NCBI GenBank assembly: GCA_041666325.1 | Contig: JBAYHC010000001.1 | Location: 201,708-265,707, forward strand | Direction of reading: 5' to 3' | Length of the DNA stretch: 64,000 nt | Source: Patescibacteria group bacterium | GTDB taxonomy: Bacteria > Patescibacteriota > UBA1384 > XYA2-FULL-43-10 > 1-14-0-10-43-13 | Shown here: in pieces, positions 39,565 through 47,902 of the stretch | Position numbering within the stretch: the first letter of the stretch is position 1 | How the letters are laid out: every line of letters begins with the position of its first letter | Program-made: the position numbers and the translations under genes | Notes under the pieces: generated by a model | What the model saw: only the letters and a program-made list of their open reading frames with translations | Told to the model about the DNA's origin: nothing | The model's database searches: none

Positions 39565-39660
39565 GGTTTTCCCTTCCTCTGACAGGATGGCTCTATGGGA
39601 AGCCATCAGAAAGTGATTGTATTGTACCTATTTTTTCATAATTGTCAACCAAGATAAACA

Positions 39661-39688
39661 AGCACCGGATAAATCCGGTGCATTTTTC
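39661..39688. terminator. Hairpin terminator, possibly the ancestral tmRNA terminator
   Basis: gcaccggat-aa-atccggtgc with flanking T/A tracts, adjacent to gtggagg att-like core. Confidence 0.55.
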
Positions 39689-39885
39689 GTGGAGGACTTT
39701 GTTAAAATTATTGAACACTTTCTTTGGGAAACCTGTGGGAACGTTTGTATATATTCACTAATTCGATAACTTCTTGAGGTATAATTACTGCCAAAAGAGA
39801 CCGATTAATTTTAGTTTGCCTGTTTGGCCCGTTGAGACCTAGTGAATAGAGGAACTTTTTTGATTCGAAAATTAGGCACACATAC

Positions 39886-40221
39886 TCAGACACCCTTCCA
39901 GGTTGAAGTGTGGTTGTAGCTATTTTTAACATAAGGCAAAAGTTTAATCACGCTATCGGTATCAAATGGGATTTTTATCTTAAAGCCAATGGTTTTGTTG
40001 CCGATAATCTCCGGACCTGCTTGCCAATCTTGTTCTAGAATTTTTCGGTCTTCCGGAGTGACACGGGAAAGAATGAGAAAGTCGCCGTCAATCGAGGCAA
40101 ATTCACGGCCATTCACATAATATCTGGTCCGGCTCAGTTGCTTCTTCCGGGTTACACCTGGCCAGCGATACACTTCATTTTCAAAAATCCGCTGAGCTTT
40201 TATTGTCATGGTGTGCACCAT
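39886..40221 (-). CDS. Hypothetical protein (luciferase-like/TfoX-N-like fold suspected)
   Basis: V..WPGV, Y.V.GREFA, SY end; family call from memory only. Confidence 0.55.
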   Translation of the reverse strand: MVHTMTIKAQRIFENEVYRWPGVTRKKQLSRTRYYVNGREFASIDGDFLILSRVTPEDRKILEQDWQAGPEIIGNKTIGFKIKIPFDTDSVIKLLPYVKNSYNHTSTWKGV

Positions 40222-40587
40222 ACATAGCTATTTCAAGACAATTCTATCACAGCTACATCTGGTTGTATAAAACAGCAGGAGATGATGACCTTCGGGACAA
40301 TTTGATTGGGTGGGAACGCCGAAATACATTCGTATTTCCACCAAAAAATGACCTCAAATTTTGAAGTCATTTTTTGGTGGACACGGGCGATAATTTTTGG
40401 AACACTTTCTTCGAAAAGATTTTTGAATGGGCTCCGCTGTTGCGCCAGATTAACCACACACAGAATATCCCAATTCTGGCCAGATAATCAGCCACCAGAT
40501 GCAAATAGAACACAGTATAGATATATTTAGCTTATCTAGATACGATCCCAAAGTTGTTGCCAATCTTCTCTGAAGGTATCAGCTCTA

Positions 40588-42582
40588 TCAATCTTTGAGC
40601 ACGTATTTCAAAATTTCTCTAATCGGTTTTTTGATTCCCCTGGCAGAGTTTAATGATTTCACTATCCCTATCGCAAATTCCACTTTATCGGTAACCGAAC
40701 CGCCCCCAGAAAAGCAATTTTCCAAACAGCCATTTTCTAGAACAAAAATCATTTCCTGTTCTCTAAGATTTTTAAGGAGGTTTTTAATATTGGCAGATAA
40801 GATAATTCTTTTTCTGATAGAAATTGCCCTGGTTTTGATAATTTTATCTGTAAGAGAATCAACTGCTTTTAGAAAATCTTCTTTTGGAAGCTCTTTTTTG
40901 GTTTTAATTAGATTAAACAAGCTAGCTCCGTCATAACTTCTAATCAGAACGTCCTTTAGTTTGGTAGTATTAAGACTATACAAATTATCGATCTCAGTAG
41001 ATATTGAGCTAAGTTCGGTCTTAATCTGATCGGATTGCAACAATGACCTTTCTTTTGATAAGTCCTTTAAAATATCAAGGTCTGCCACGATGTAGTTTTT
41101 AATTTTCCAGGTGTTCAGGAACTTTCTATACTTTAAAAGGTTATTTTTGCTTCCAACTGGCAATACCTCAATGACCTCATCGGATCGATGAACTCCTCTA
41201 AGCAATGAAAGCGACTTGGAAAATACCAGCTGGTCAGAGATGCCCTCCACGAGGATGACCTTATCAGCAAAGAAAACTTTTTCGTTGTTCGAAGAATTAA
41301 TTATTTGCAGAAGGTCTTTTACTGATGAACTATCGAGTAGTGACTTATTCGGCTTCAGAATCTTGCTACAATCATTATGTTTGTATATACGATATGTTGA
41401 CTGAATAATCGGCGGTACGATGATCTGAGGTGAATGAGTAATAATCAAGAATTGCAAATTGTACGTAACTGAAAGCTCTTGTATTAAATCTGTCAGCACC
41501 TTTTGCCACTGTGTGTGTTGGTGCAGCTCTGGCTCGTCTAGCAAAACCAAACCGTCTTTCAGTTCTGAAAGAACAATCCCCGAGATTAAACTAAAAAATT
41601 CTTTCTCGCCAGAACTCAATTTGATCGGCATTCCATTTAGGCGAAAGAATCGTAAACGATATTCGTGATGATAAATAATTTTTTGATCGATTACCTCGAA
41701 AGACATTGAGAGGTATCTCTCTAGCACTTTTCTGAATGCAGTCAAAATTTTACTGTTTTTATTTTGGTCATACAATCTAACGATGTGCTGGTAACTAGTA
41801 TCAACTATGCCGATATAAGTATCCTTGGACTGGTTTAGACCTTTTGCAAAATTCTTGTCAATATTGTTCTGTGTTAAATCAACAACGATTTCTTTCTGAA
41901 CCTGATTTACGTTTCGGTGGGGACCTATGTATCTAAAATTTGGAGCAATTTTAATATTGCTTGAGAGAGCCGATATCTCGTACAAAACATTAAAGTATGG
42001 AAGAATTTCAAAAAACCGTTGAACAATTTCCGACAACTCTGGCTTGTCAGAATAAGCGCCAATAATTGAGTTGCTAGCTATCACAATTTTTAAAGTAGTT
42101 CCAATCAAAGATTCAAAGACATCATCGTAAAAAAATCTCTCGATACTGTTGGCCACCTGTCCCGAATCTTGGAAATCCTTTTTAAGAAATAAAACTAAGT
42201 CTTCCTTAAATTTCGCAATTTCTTTCAAAATATTGATGTCTTCTTCCTTAATTGAAAAATATAGTTCCAGCGATGACTCTTCGGAGGTATGAGAGTAGTG
42301 CCTTTCAAACATCTCTGCAATTAGGTTGGGATCCCAATTATCAAACTGTAGCTTATAATGATAACCATAGTTAGCTGAGTTCGGGTTGGCCCGTTCTGTG
42401 TTATAAGTGATCGTAACGTGCTTATAGATTACTGAAGAAATCGCCCCTTGTATTAATTCAAACAGATTGCTCTTACCTCCACCGTTTGGTCCAACGAAAA
42501 CGTTGAGTCCGTCTCCAAAAAGTACCTCTTCGGCTGGATAGTAGCTTTTCAGGTTTTTGACAATCGCCCTATTTAGTTTCAT
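40588..42582 (-). CDS. OLD-family ATP-dependent nuclease (ABC ATPase + TOPRIM)
   Basis: GPNGGGKS, LSSGEK, LLDEPELH, THSP, LVEGISD, DLD, LE. Confidence 0.9.
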   Translation of the reverse strand: MKLNRAIVKNLKSYYPAEEVLFGDGLNVFVGPNGGGKSNLFELIQGAISSVIYKHVTITYNTERANPNSANYGYHYKLQFDNWDPNLIAEMFERHYSHTSEESSLELYFSIKEEDINILKEIAKFKEDLVLFLKKDFQDSGQVANSIERFFYDDVFESLIGTTLKIVIASNSIIGAYSDKPELSEIVQRFFEILPYFNVLYEISALSSNIKIAPNFRYIGPHRNVNQVQKEIVVDLTQNNIDKNFAKGLNQSKDTYIGIVDTSYQHIVRLYDQNKNSKILTAFRKVLERYLSMSFEVIDQKIIYHHEYRLRFFRLNGMPIKLSSGEKEFFSLISGIVLSELKDGLVLLDEPELHQHTQWQKVLTDLIQELSVTYNLQFLIITHSPQIIVPPIIQSTYRIYKHNDCSKILKPNKSLLDSSSVKDLLQIINSSNNEKVFFADKVILVEGISDQLVFSKSLSLLRGVHRSDEVIEVLPVGSKNNLLKYRKFLNTWKIKNYIVADLDILKDLSKERSLLQSDQIKTELSSISTEIDNLYSLNTTKLKDVLIRSYDGASLFNLIKTKKELPKEDFLKAVDSLTDKIIKTRAISIRKRIILSANIKNLLKNLREQEMIFVLENGCLENCFSGGGSVTDKVEFAIGIVKSLNSARGIKKPIREILKYVLKD

Positions 42583-42599
42583 TATTTCTCTCAGAATGA

Positions 42600-43442
42600 T
42601 TAATGGACGTAGATTTCTTTGCTTTTTATTCTATCTTTTAGATTTACTCTCTCAACGACACTTCTCAACAGTTGCTCGCTATGGGAATATACAAATCGGT
42701 CACAATTTAAGGCAACGTTATCGTTGATATGGCGACAATGTCTTCTGTCTGCTTTGTAAAAGGCAACATCCTTTCCCTCATCAAACATAGCAAGATAGAA
42801 ACTCTTTGAAAGCGGAATTGCTTTCACGGCACCTTTTGTAATAACGCCAACCCCACGATAAGGGCTGTTTTCAACGGGCGAAAACAAGACAAATGGATTA
42901 TCTGAAGTAATGTATGCACTGCTTTGAGGAGCAAAAATAATTCTCCAGCTCATATGCGCAAAATACGAAGCCATTTCAGCGCTGATCTCTAGTAAAAGCT
43001 TTATTTCATATTCTCTGCTCTGTTCAACCTTCACTTCAAGCCTATTGCCACCAGGCCTCTCAAACATTTGAGCCAATTTGGTTAATGCCGCTTCAGATAG
43101 TTCTTTGGTATGCTTTGAAAAATAAGGGACACGGTTCTTTTGCAAGGCGACGAAAAACGATAATTGTGCTTTTTCTTTTTCGCTCAGTGACTCACTCTTT
43201 TCGATTTTGCCGATGACGGCACTGGCGTCACCCTCAATTTCTGAAAACTTTTTCTCTAGATCATAGTGATACTTGCCATCTTCCCCAAGATAGCGATAGT
43301 AATTTGAAATAACAGCTGTGTCCTTAATGCCCAAGTGCTTATATTCATTTGTGGTCCTATCATAAACCCAAATATACCCATCTGTTGCAAAACGAGATAG
43401 GACCATTTGCGGTAAGAAATGATGTCTTTTTGGTTCACCCAT
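42600..43442 (-). CDS. DUF4238-family protein
   Basis: HHFLPQ..L..F N-terminus, Q..RVP, ITSDNP, PLS. Confidence 0.8.
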   Translation of the reverse strand: MGEPKRHHFLPQMVLSRFATDGYIWVYDRTTNEYKHLGIKDTAVISNYYRYLGEDGKYHYDLEKKFSEIEGDASAVIGKIEKSESLSEKEKAQLSFFVALQKNRVPYFSKHTKELSEAALTKLAQMFERPGGNRLEVKVEQSREYEIKLLLEISAEMASYFAHMSWRIIFAPQSSAYITSDNPFVLFSPVENSPYRGVGVITKGAVKAIPLSKSFYLAMFDEGKDVAFYKADRRHCRHINDNVALNCDRFVYSHSEQLLRSVVERVNLKDRIKSKEIYVH

Positions 43443-43524
43443 AGGTTAATTCAGCAACAAGGAACGAAATAAGCGCTTACTCTAATTTGGTTTTTGTATT
43501 ACTAAGCATTCCGATTGCTAGCCG

Positions 43525-44112
43525 CTACTCATACAGCTTTAATCTAATGGAGTCAATTTTCCTCAGTAGGTCGTGTTGAGTCGAAACCATTTGCTGAATT
43601 TGAAGCTCTGTATATCTAGCCCTTCTGTTTTTGAAGGGATCATTTGTGACAGCCATCTTGTATTTCAGGAAGCAATTTTCAAGATTATCATCGAAGCAAA
43701 AATCTTCAATAATTTTCGCTTCTGTGAATTTTTTTATATCGTTAAGCTGATGCATTGCGCAGTTGAAATCGTAGTCAACTCGCCCTGCTTTTTGATCTGA
43801 CGGGTTGCTGGTGTAATCATTCGCTGAATTCAAAGTTTTTTCAATTGCACTGCGAAAATCTGCCAAGAATCCCAAAACAATTTCTTTTTTCTTGGAACTA
43901 TCACTTACACTCTCACTTATATAGTGGGTCACAAACAAGGCGACAATAATCGTTACAAGCAGATTAAGCAAGTTGGAAAAAGAAAAATCCCAGAACTTAT
44001 CTGGCAAAATATTCCATCGAAGCACAAGAGCAGAAATGACAAAGCCAATAACAAAAAAGATAAAGGAAAGCGATATTCGAGCCGAATTTTTCCTGATTAT
44101 CCTTTTCATCAA
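43525..44112 (-). CDS. Two-TM membrane protein with cytoplasmic helical domain
   Basis: Two hydrophobic helices in first 65 aa; start overlaps STAS-like stop. Confidence 0.7.
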   Translation of the reverse strand: MMKRIIRKNSARISLSFIFFVIGFVISALVLRWNILPDKFWDFSFSNLLNLLVTIIVALFVTHYISESVSDSSKKKEIVLGFLADFRSAIEKTLNSANDYTSNPSDQKAGRVDYDFNCAMHQLNDIKKFTEAKIIEDFCFDDNLENCFLKYKMAVTNDPFKNRRARYTELQIQQMVSTQHDLLRKIDSIRLKLYE

Positions 44113-44414
44113 GCATTCTCTATATAACTTTCTATCTCGCGTTTTAGAATCGAATTTGTTGTGATTAAATTTATTCTGTTCTGCACTGCATTCTTGTCTT
44201 TAATCACCCTGACAAGGCCGCCGAAGGCCTCCTCGAAGAAGGAAGTCGGGTATCCTGCTAAGCCATCCAGATATACGTTGATAATTTCGTTTGATTTTGT
44301 TTGGAATAATGGCTCGAGAAATTTTTCTCTGAATTCCTCACCAGAAAAATCACTCTTTTGCTTAAATCTTCCACCAGGAGAAATCGTAAAATCTTTAATG
44401 AAGACGTTTTTCAT
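44109..44414 (-). CDS. STAS-like domain protein (DUF4325)
   Basis: GGR....FSGEEFR, LDG..GY.TSF.EEAFGGL. Confidence 0.85.
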   Translation of the reverse strand: MKNVFIKDFTISPGGRFKQKSDFSGEEFREKFLEPLFQTKSNEIINVYLDGLAGYPTSFFEEAFGGLVRVIKDKNAVQNRINLITTNSILKREIESYIENA

Positions 44415-44430
44415 TTCAAAATTCCTAAAA

Positions 44431-45408
44431 TTAAAGTTGAAAATCCCACGAAAACAAAGTTCCTCGAAAGCCTTCTTTTATAGAGATGTGTTGGCTAAAG
44501 TGCACAGCACTAATAAAACCACGATTGGATACTATTTTCAAATTATCTATTTTCTTTCTATTCGAAATCTCATATATTTGGGGCAGCCCCTTACCTCTAT
44601 TTTTTTGTTTGGTTCTAGATCTCTTGAATTTTCCCTCAAGCGCGGATCTAATTAAGTCGGCGTCAGATCTAATAAGATATTTGAGTACAATTTCAGCAAA
44701 GTTCTTTCTCACGGTTGTCGGAATCCCTTGTCCATTATCCAGGAACGCAAAACTTATCTTGCGAATATCTGCGTTGTAATATGCAGCGGTCCACCATTTG
44801 GGAAGCGGCGAATCAGATAGATACGCGTGCTCGTTGGTGTTATTCATTAGTTCAACAAGCGTTTCATATATTCCTTCCGTGGACCTCTTGGGACCATTCA
44901 TTTTGCTTGCAACAAATTCAACAACCTTTAAGACAACGGCGCCCTGTGTCCTCTCGCCTGATTGTATTGAAAAGATATCATCATTCATTCGAGGGGGATC
45001 CCCTCTTACGAGTTTGACGAATTTATAGAATCCGGAATCACGGAATATCATCCTGCATTTTTCCTCTCGCGGCTCATTCCCCTGAATGCTAGGGGCCACC
45101 CGTTTAGTGCCGAAAAACTCGAGGAGAGACAGGAGATACAGGATTGCGTCAAGGGTAATTTCACTCACAACCGAAAGATCAAGAAAAACAGAATAGCCCT
45201 TGTTGACGTTATTCTCAATTCTTCCACAAAATTCCAGAAAATGTTGGTGATCATTCAAGATACTGAAAACAGAAGGGGCGATAACTCTCTTGAAAATTCG
45301 AGATAGTTTAGTTGCTTTAATAAGTCCACGCTTCTTGCGCTTTCTTATTAAGTTCTTTTTAGCGATTATCCTAGATCGCTTCTTCCATTTTTCGGTGACC
45401 TTTTTCAT
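44431..45408 (-). CDS. GHKL/HATPase anti-sigma-kinase-like protein with N-terminal STAS-like region
   Basis: ELMNNT.EHAY, D.GQGI, RG.GL, F.GT; basic N-terminal tail. Confidence 0.82.
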   Translation of the reverse strand: MKKVTEKWKKRSRIIAKKNLIRKRKKRGLIKATKLSRIFKRVIAPSVFSILNDHQHFLEFCGRIENNVNKGYSVFLDLSVVSEITLDAILYLLSLLEFFGTKRVAPSIQGNEPREEKCRMIFRDSGFYKFVKLVRGDPPRMNDDIFSIQSGERTQGAVVLKVVEFVASKMNGPKRSTEGIYETLVELMNNTNEHAYLSDSPLPKWWTAAYYNADIRKISFAFLDNGQGIPTTVRKNFAEIVLKYLIRSDADLIRSALEGKFKRSRTKQKNRGKGLPQIYEISNRKKIDNLKIVSNRGFISAVHFSQHISIKEGFRGTLFSWDFQL

Positions 45409-45469
45409 TTGGTATAATAGTATCAAACGAGGGCTAGTCATACTACCTAACTAACCCATTTGTCTTCTT

Positions 45470-46000
45470 ATGCAATGCCAATTTGAAAAATCAGACGGTA
45501 AGCAGTGTGGGGGCTACTCAGTGAGCAGCAGCCATTTTTGCTTTTCGCACGATCCAAAAAGCAAGAAAAAGCACTTGAGGGCAGCTAAGAAGGGTGGATT
45601 GGCTTTGAAGAGTAATAGTACTGTTTTAGCGGAAGAAATTGATCTAAGTTCGTCTGAAGGGCTAGAGAACGTACTAAAAGATACGCTTAGCAGAGTAAGA
45701 CGCGTAAACCCTGATGGCTCAATCGAATTAAAAGCGGCTTATTGTATAACCCTCATTGTGTCAAAACTTCAAGAAATACATCTGAAAAGCTACCCAGAAG
45801 ACAGGCTTAAGGAAATTGAACGCAGAGAATTTGAACTAAGGGAGCAAGAGCGCGCAAGAGAAGCATCACACCAGAGACATAGTCGGCTTTGGGAAGAAAA
45901 CCCAGAAAAAGCAGCCGAAGAGATAATGGTTCACACTAACCTGCTGCTGAAACGCGCGTTAAGAGACCGTGAGTCAAGAAAACTCGGTATGAATATATAA
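45470..46000 (+). CDS. Hypothetical protein with N-terminal C-C-C-H Zn-finger-like motif
   Basis: CQF.K.DGKQC........FC.SHDP......KKGG. Confidence 0.65.
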   Translation: MQCQFEKSDGKQCGGYSVSSSHFCFSHDPKSKKKHLRAAKKGGLALKSNSTVLAEEIDLSSSEGLENVLKDTLSRVRRVNPDGSIELKAAYCITLIVSKLQEIHLKSYPEDRLKEIERREFELREQERAREASHQRHSRLWEENPEKAAEEIMVHTNLLLKRALRDRESRKLGMNI

Positions 46001-46004
46001 ACCT

Positions 46005-46607
46005 TTAATCCAATTCCTGAATAGCACTCTTTAGGGCTTCCGCGTTTACTGATTTGATGCCCTCCCTCATCAAAGCTTTCAATGAAATGCTTTTCTTGTT
46101 TTTGATAAGCTCGATTAGCCTATCCTTTGTGAAGACGAAAAATTCCCATTGAGTGAGATCTAAGGGGTTAGCCGTATCGTGGGAGTCTGCCGAGAAGTAA
46201 CAAATAACGAATAAATCCGCATTAAAGCTTGGCGTCTCTTCCATAATCCCCGTCAATGGGTTCCATTTACGGGTTGGAGATAGAGCTACTTTAGGCTCAG
46301 ATAACCGCTTTTGAGCCCACGCCTGGAGTTGAGACATTGTTTTGATTTCAATGGTTTTGCCCTCTTTTGTTTTGAGATCGTACGCATCCCAAGGGATTCT
46401 TGGTTTATCATCACAACCCAAAAGAACAGCCACAACATATTCAGCAAGCACTGCTCTCGTAGTGTTTTGCATTAAGTCAGAGTACGCCCATTGCCAAAAA
46501 TCAACGATAGTTCGGTTTAAGCAATTGCTTGTTTCGTTATTATAAAAAGCAGAACCACATTCCAGTTTAGAGACTGGCTTTGGGGTCAGTAAAAGATCTT
46601 TATTCAT
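46005..46607 (-). CDS. PD-(D/E)XK restriction-endonuclease-like protein
   Basis: AEY.VA helix, YDL..EG..IEIK catalytic pattern. Confidence 0.7.
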   Translation of the reverse strand: MNKDLLLTPKPVSKLECGSAFYNNETSNCLNRTIVDFWQWAYSDLMQNTTRAVLAEYVVAVLLGCDDKPRIPWDAYDLKTKEGKTIEIKTMSQLQAWAQKRLSEPKVALSPTRKWNPLTGIMEETPSFNADLFVICYFSADSHDTANPLDLTQWEFFVFTKDRLIELIKNKKSISLKALMREGIKSVNAEALKSAIQELD

Positions 46608-46643
46608 TTTTTCCTTGGTCGGATTTGTTTTGTGGCAGAGAGC

Positions 46644-46729
46644 AAAAAGCCCGCCGCCACTAGCAGCCCCGTAGGGCTACACGTACATCTTTCGATGCAC
46701 GACCGACCAAGGTCCGTGACGACGAGCTC
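46644..46729 (-). ncRNA. Structured multi-stem antisense-type RNA (C4/CI-like architecture)
   Basis: 14-bp closing stem with G-U pairs only on minus strand, GAAA and UACG tetraloop hairpins, unpaired ACCUUGGUCGG, 3' U-tract. Confidence 0.75.
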
Positions 46730-46832
46730 ACTACCTTGGTCGGAATTTTCCACCGTGCTCACTATTATCTAATGAGGTTAGGTGGTTTCTCGGTTGTGTT
46801 AACGACAGGAATTATAAAATTCCCTTATGCTT

Positions 46833-46861
46833 AATATAGCAGAAATTAGTCATTCCCTCAA
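46833..46861 (-). promoter_or_regulatory. Sigma70 promoter for ncRNA/nuclease unit
   Basis: TTGAGG-17-TATATT with TGn extension; DnaA-box TTATCCACA at 46864-46872. Confidence 0.55.
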
Positions 46862-46889
46862 CCTTATCCACAGATATCAGTTTGAATAT

Positions 46890-46911
46890 ATTTATACATT
46901 AATGTATAAAT
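46890..46911. promoter_or_regulatory. 22-bp perfect palindrome, probable operator of MerR-like regulator
   Basis: atttatacattaatgtataaat directly upstream of ATG 46918. Confidence 0.65.
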
Positions 46912-46917
46912 TAAATA

Positions 46918-47682
46918 ATGGAAAAAGAAGGCACTGAAAAATTTAGCGATTTATGTAAGAAAAAATACTCGGCCAAAGAGGTTGGCATCTCTTATAGAAT
47001 TTTAAGCAGCTGGAGCTCTCTTGGCCTAATCAACCACCTGAGAGACAAAGAAAATGATTGGCATCGTTTTTCGGCTTTTGATCTGATTGAGATAAGAGTA
47101 TATGACGAGCTTCGGCAGGTTGGCTTTTCTGTGGAGAAGCTCTTAAAAATCAAGAAATTTTTACGCGCACAGTCAGTTCTAGCCATATTTTTCTCTGATT
47201 CGAATTTATCAAAAGAGTACGTCGAGGACCTTGGCAAGTCTACAATATTAGTTGAATCAATCTTGAGAACTGCAGCAGGAGAAAACATTTTTCTTGTTAT
47301 TGATAAAGATGCAGCAAATCCTATGTTTGCAGAAGAAACGATCGTGTATGAATTATTAGCGCAAGCGAATTCTATTTATAATGAGTATGGTGGCAACTAT
47401 TTGGTTCTGAGTGTCCGAACAATTCTTGAGAATGTTAGTGTACCATACGAAAAATCTAATCATAAGCTCGGAAAAGTGCTGACAGCAATTCTTGATTCCG
47501 AAGAACAATCAGAGATTAAACTTTTCGTTCAAGACTGTGAATTAAAGAAAGCAAAGCATACTCTATATGATGTTCCCCTTGGTACGAATATTACAGCTCT
47601 TATAAAACAACCCAACAGAAAAACTTCATTCAGCTCCAACAATAACGGTTCCGTCAAAATGAAAATTGAAGCTGAACTATAA
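46918..47682 (+). CDS. MerR-type HTH protein
   Basis: GISYR.L..W...GLI, W.RFS..DL......ELR..G.S...L. Confidence 0.75.
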   Translation: MEKEGTEKFSDLCKKKYSAKEVGISYRILSSWSSLGLINHLRDKENDWHRFSAFDLIEIRVYDELRQVGFSVEKLLKIKKFLRAQSVLAIFFSDSNLSKEYVEDLGKSTILVESILRTAAGENIFLVIDKDAANPMFAEETIVYELLAQANSIYNEYGGNYLVLSVRTILENVSVPYEKSNHKLGKVLTAILDSEEQSEIKLFVQDCELKKAKHTLYDVPLGTNITALIKQPNRKTSFSSNNNGSVKMKIEAEL

Positions 47683-47761
47683 AAACTAGAATCCCTAGTT
47701 TCTTTTACCAACAGTTCAAGTAGCAGCGATCCTACTACGCGATCGAATCTGGTATGAGAAA

Positions 47762-47902
47762 ATGTTATCAATCGACGAGTGTAGAGATTATTTAAAAGAA
47801 TATAATTTAAGCGACGAAGAGATCGAAAGAATGAGGAACAATCTGCAAGGAATAGTTGAAAGTGTACTCGATTCCTATATCGAAGGATTCAAAAATGATT
47901 AA
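47762..47902 (+). CDS. 46-aa small protein coupled to integrase (candidate directionality factor)
   Basis: MLSIDECRDYLKEYNLSDEEIERMRNNLQGIVESVLDSYIEGFKND; stop overlaps integrase ATG; absent from ORF track. Confidence 0.65.
   Translation: MLSIDECRDYLKEYNLSDEEIERMRNNLQGIVESVLDSYIEGFKND

Noticed and set aside
40588-42582. Gabija (gajA) call
   Set aside because: No adjacent UvrD-like gajB, so kept as generic OLD-family nuclease.
46613-46744. CRISPR-like mini-array from repeated CCTTGGTCGGA
   Set aside because: Only two direct 11-nt copies plus one inverted copy, no regular spacers, no cas genes; better explained as antisense guide and targets.
47856-47894. Upstream TTG start for the integrase given by the ORF track
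   Set aside because: Lies within the 46-aa ORF; ATG 47895 with gaagga RBS and stop/start overlap is more plausible.
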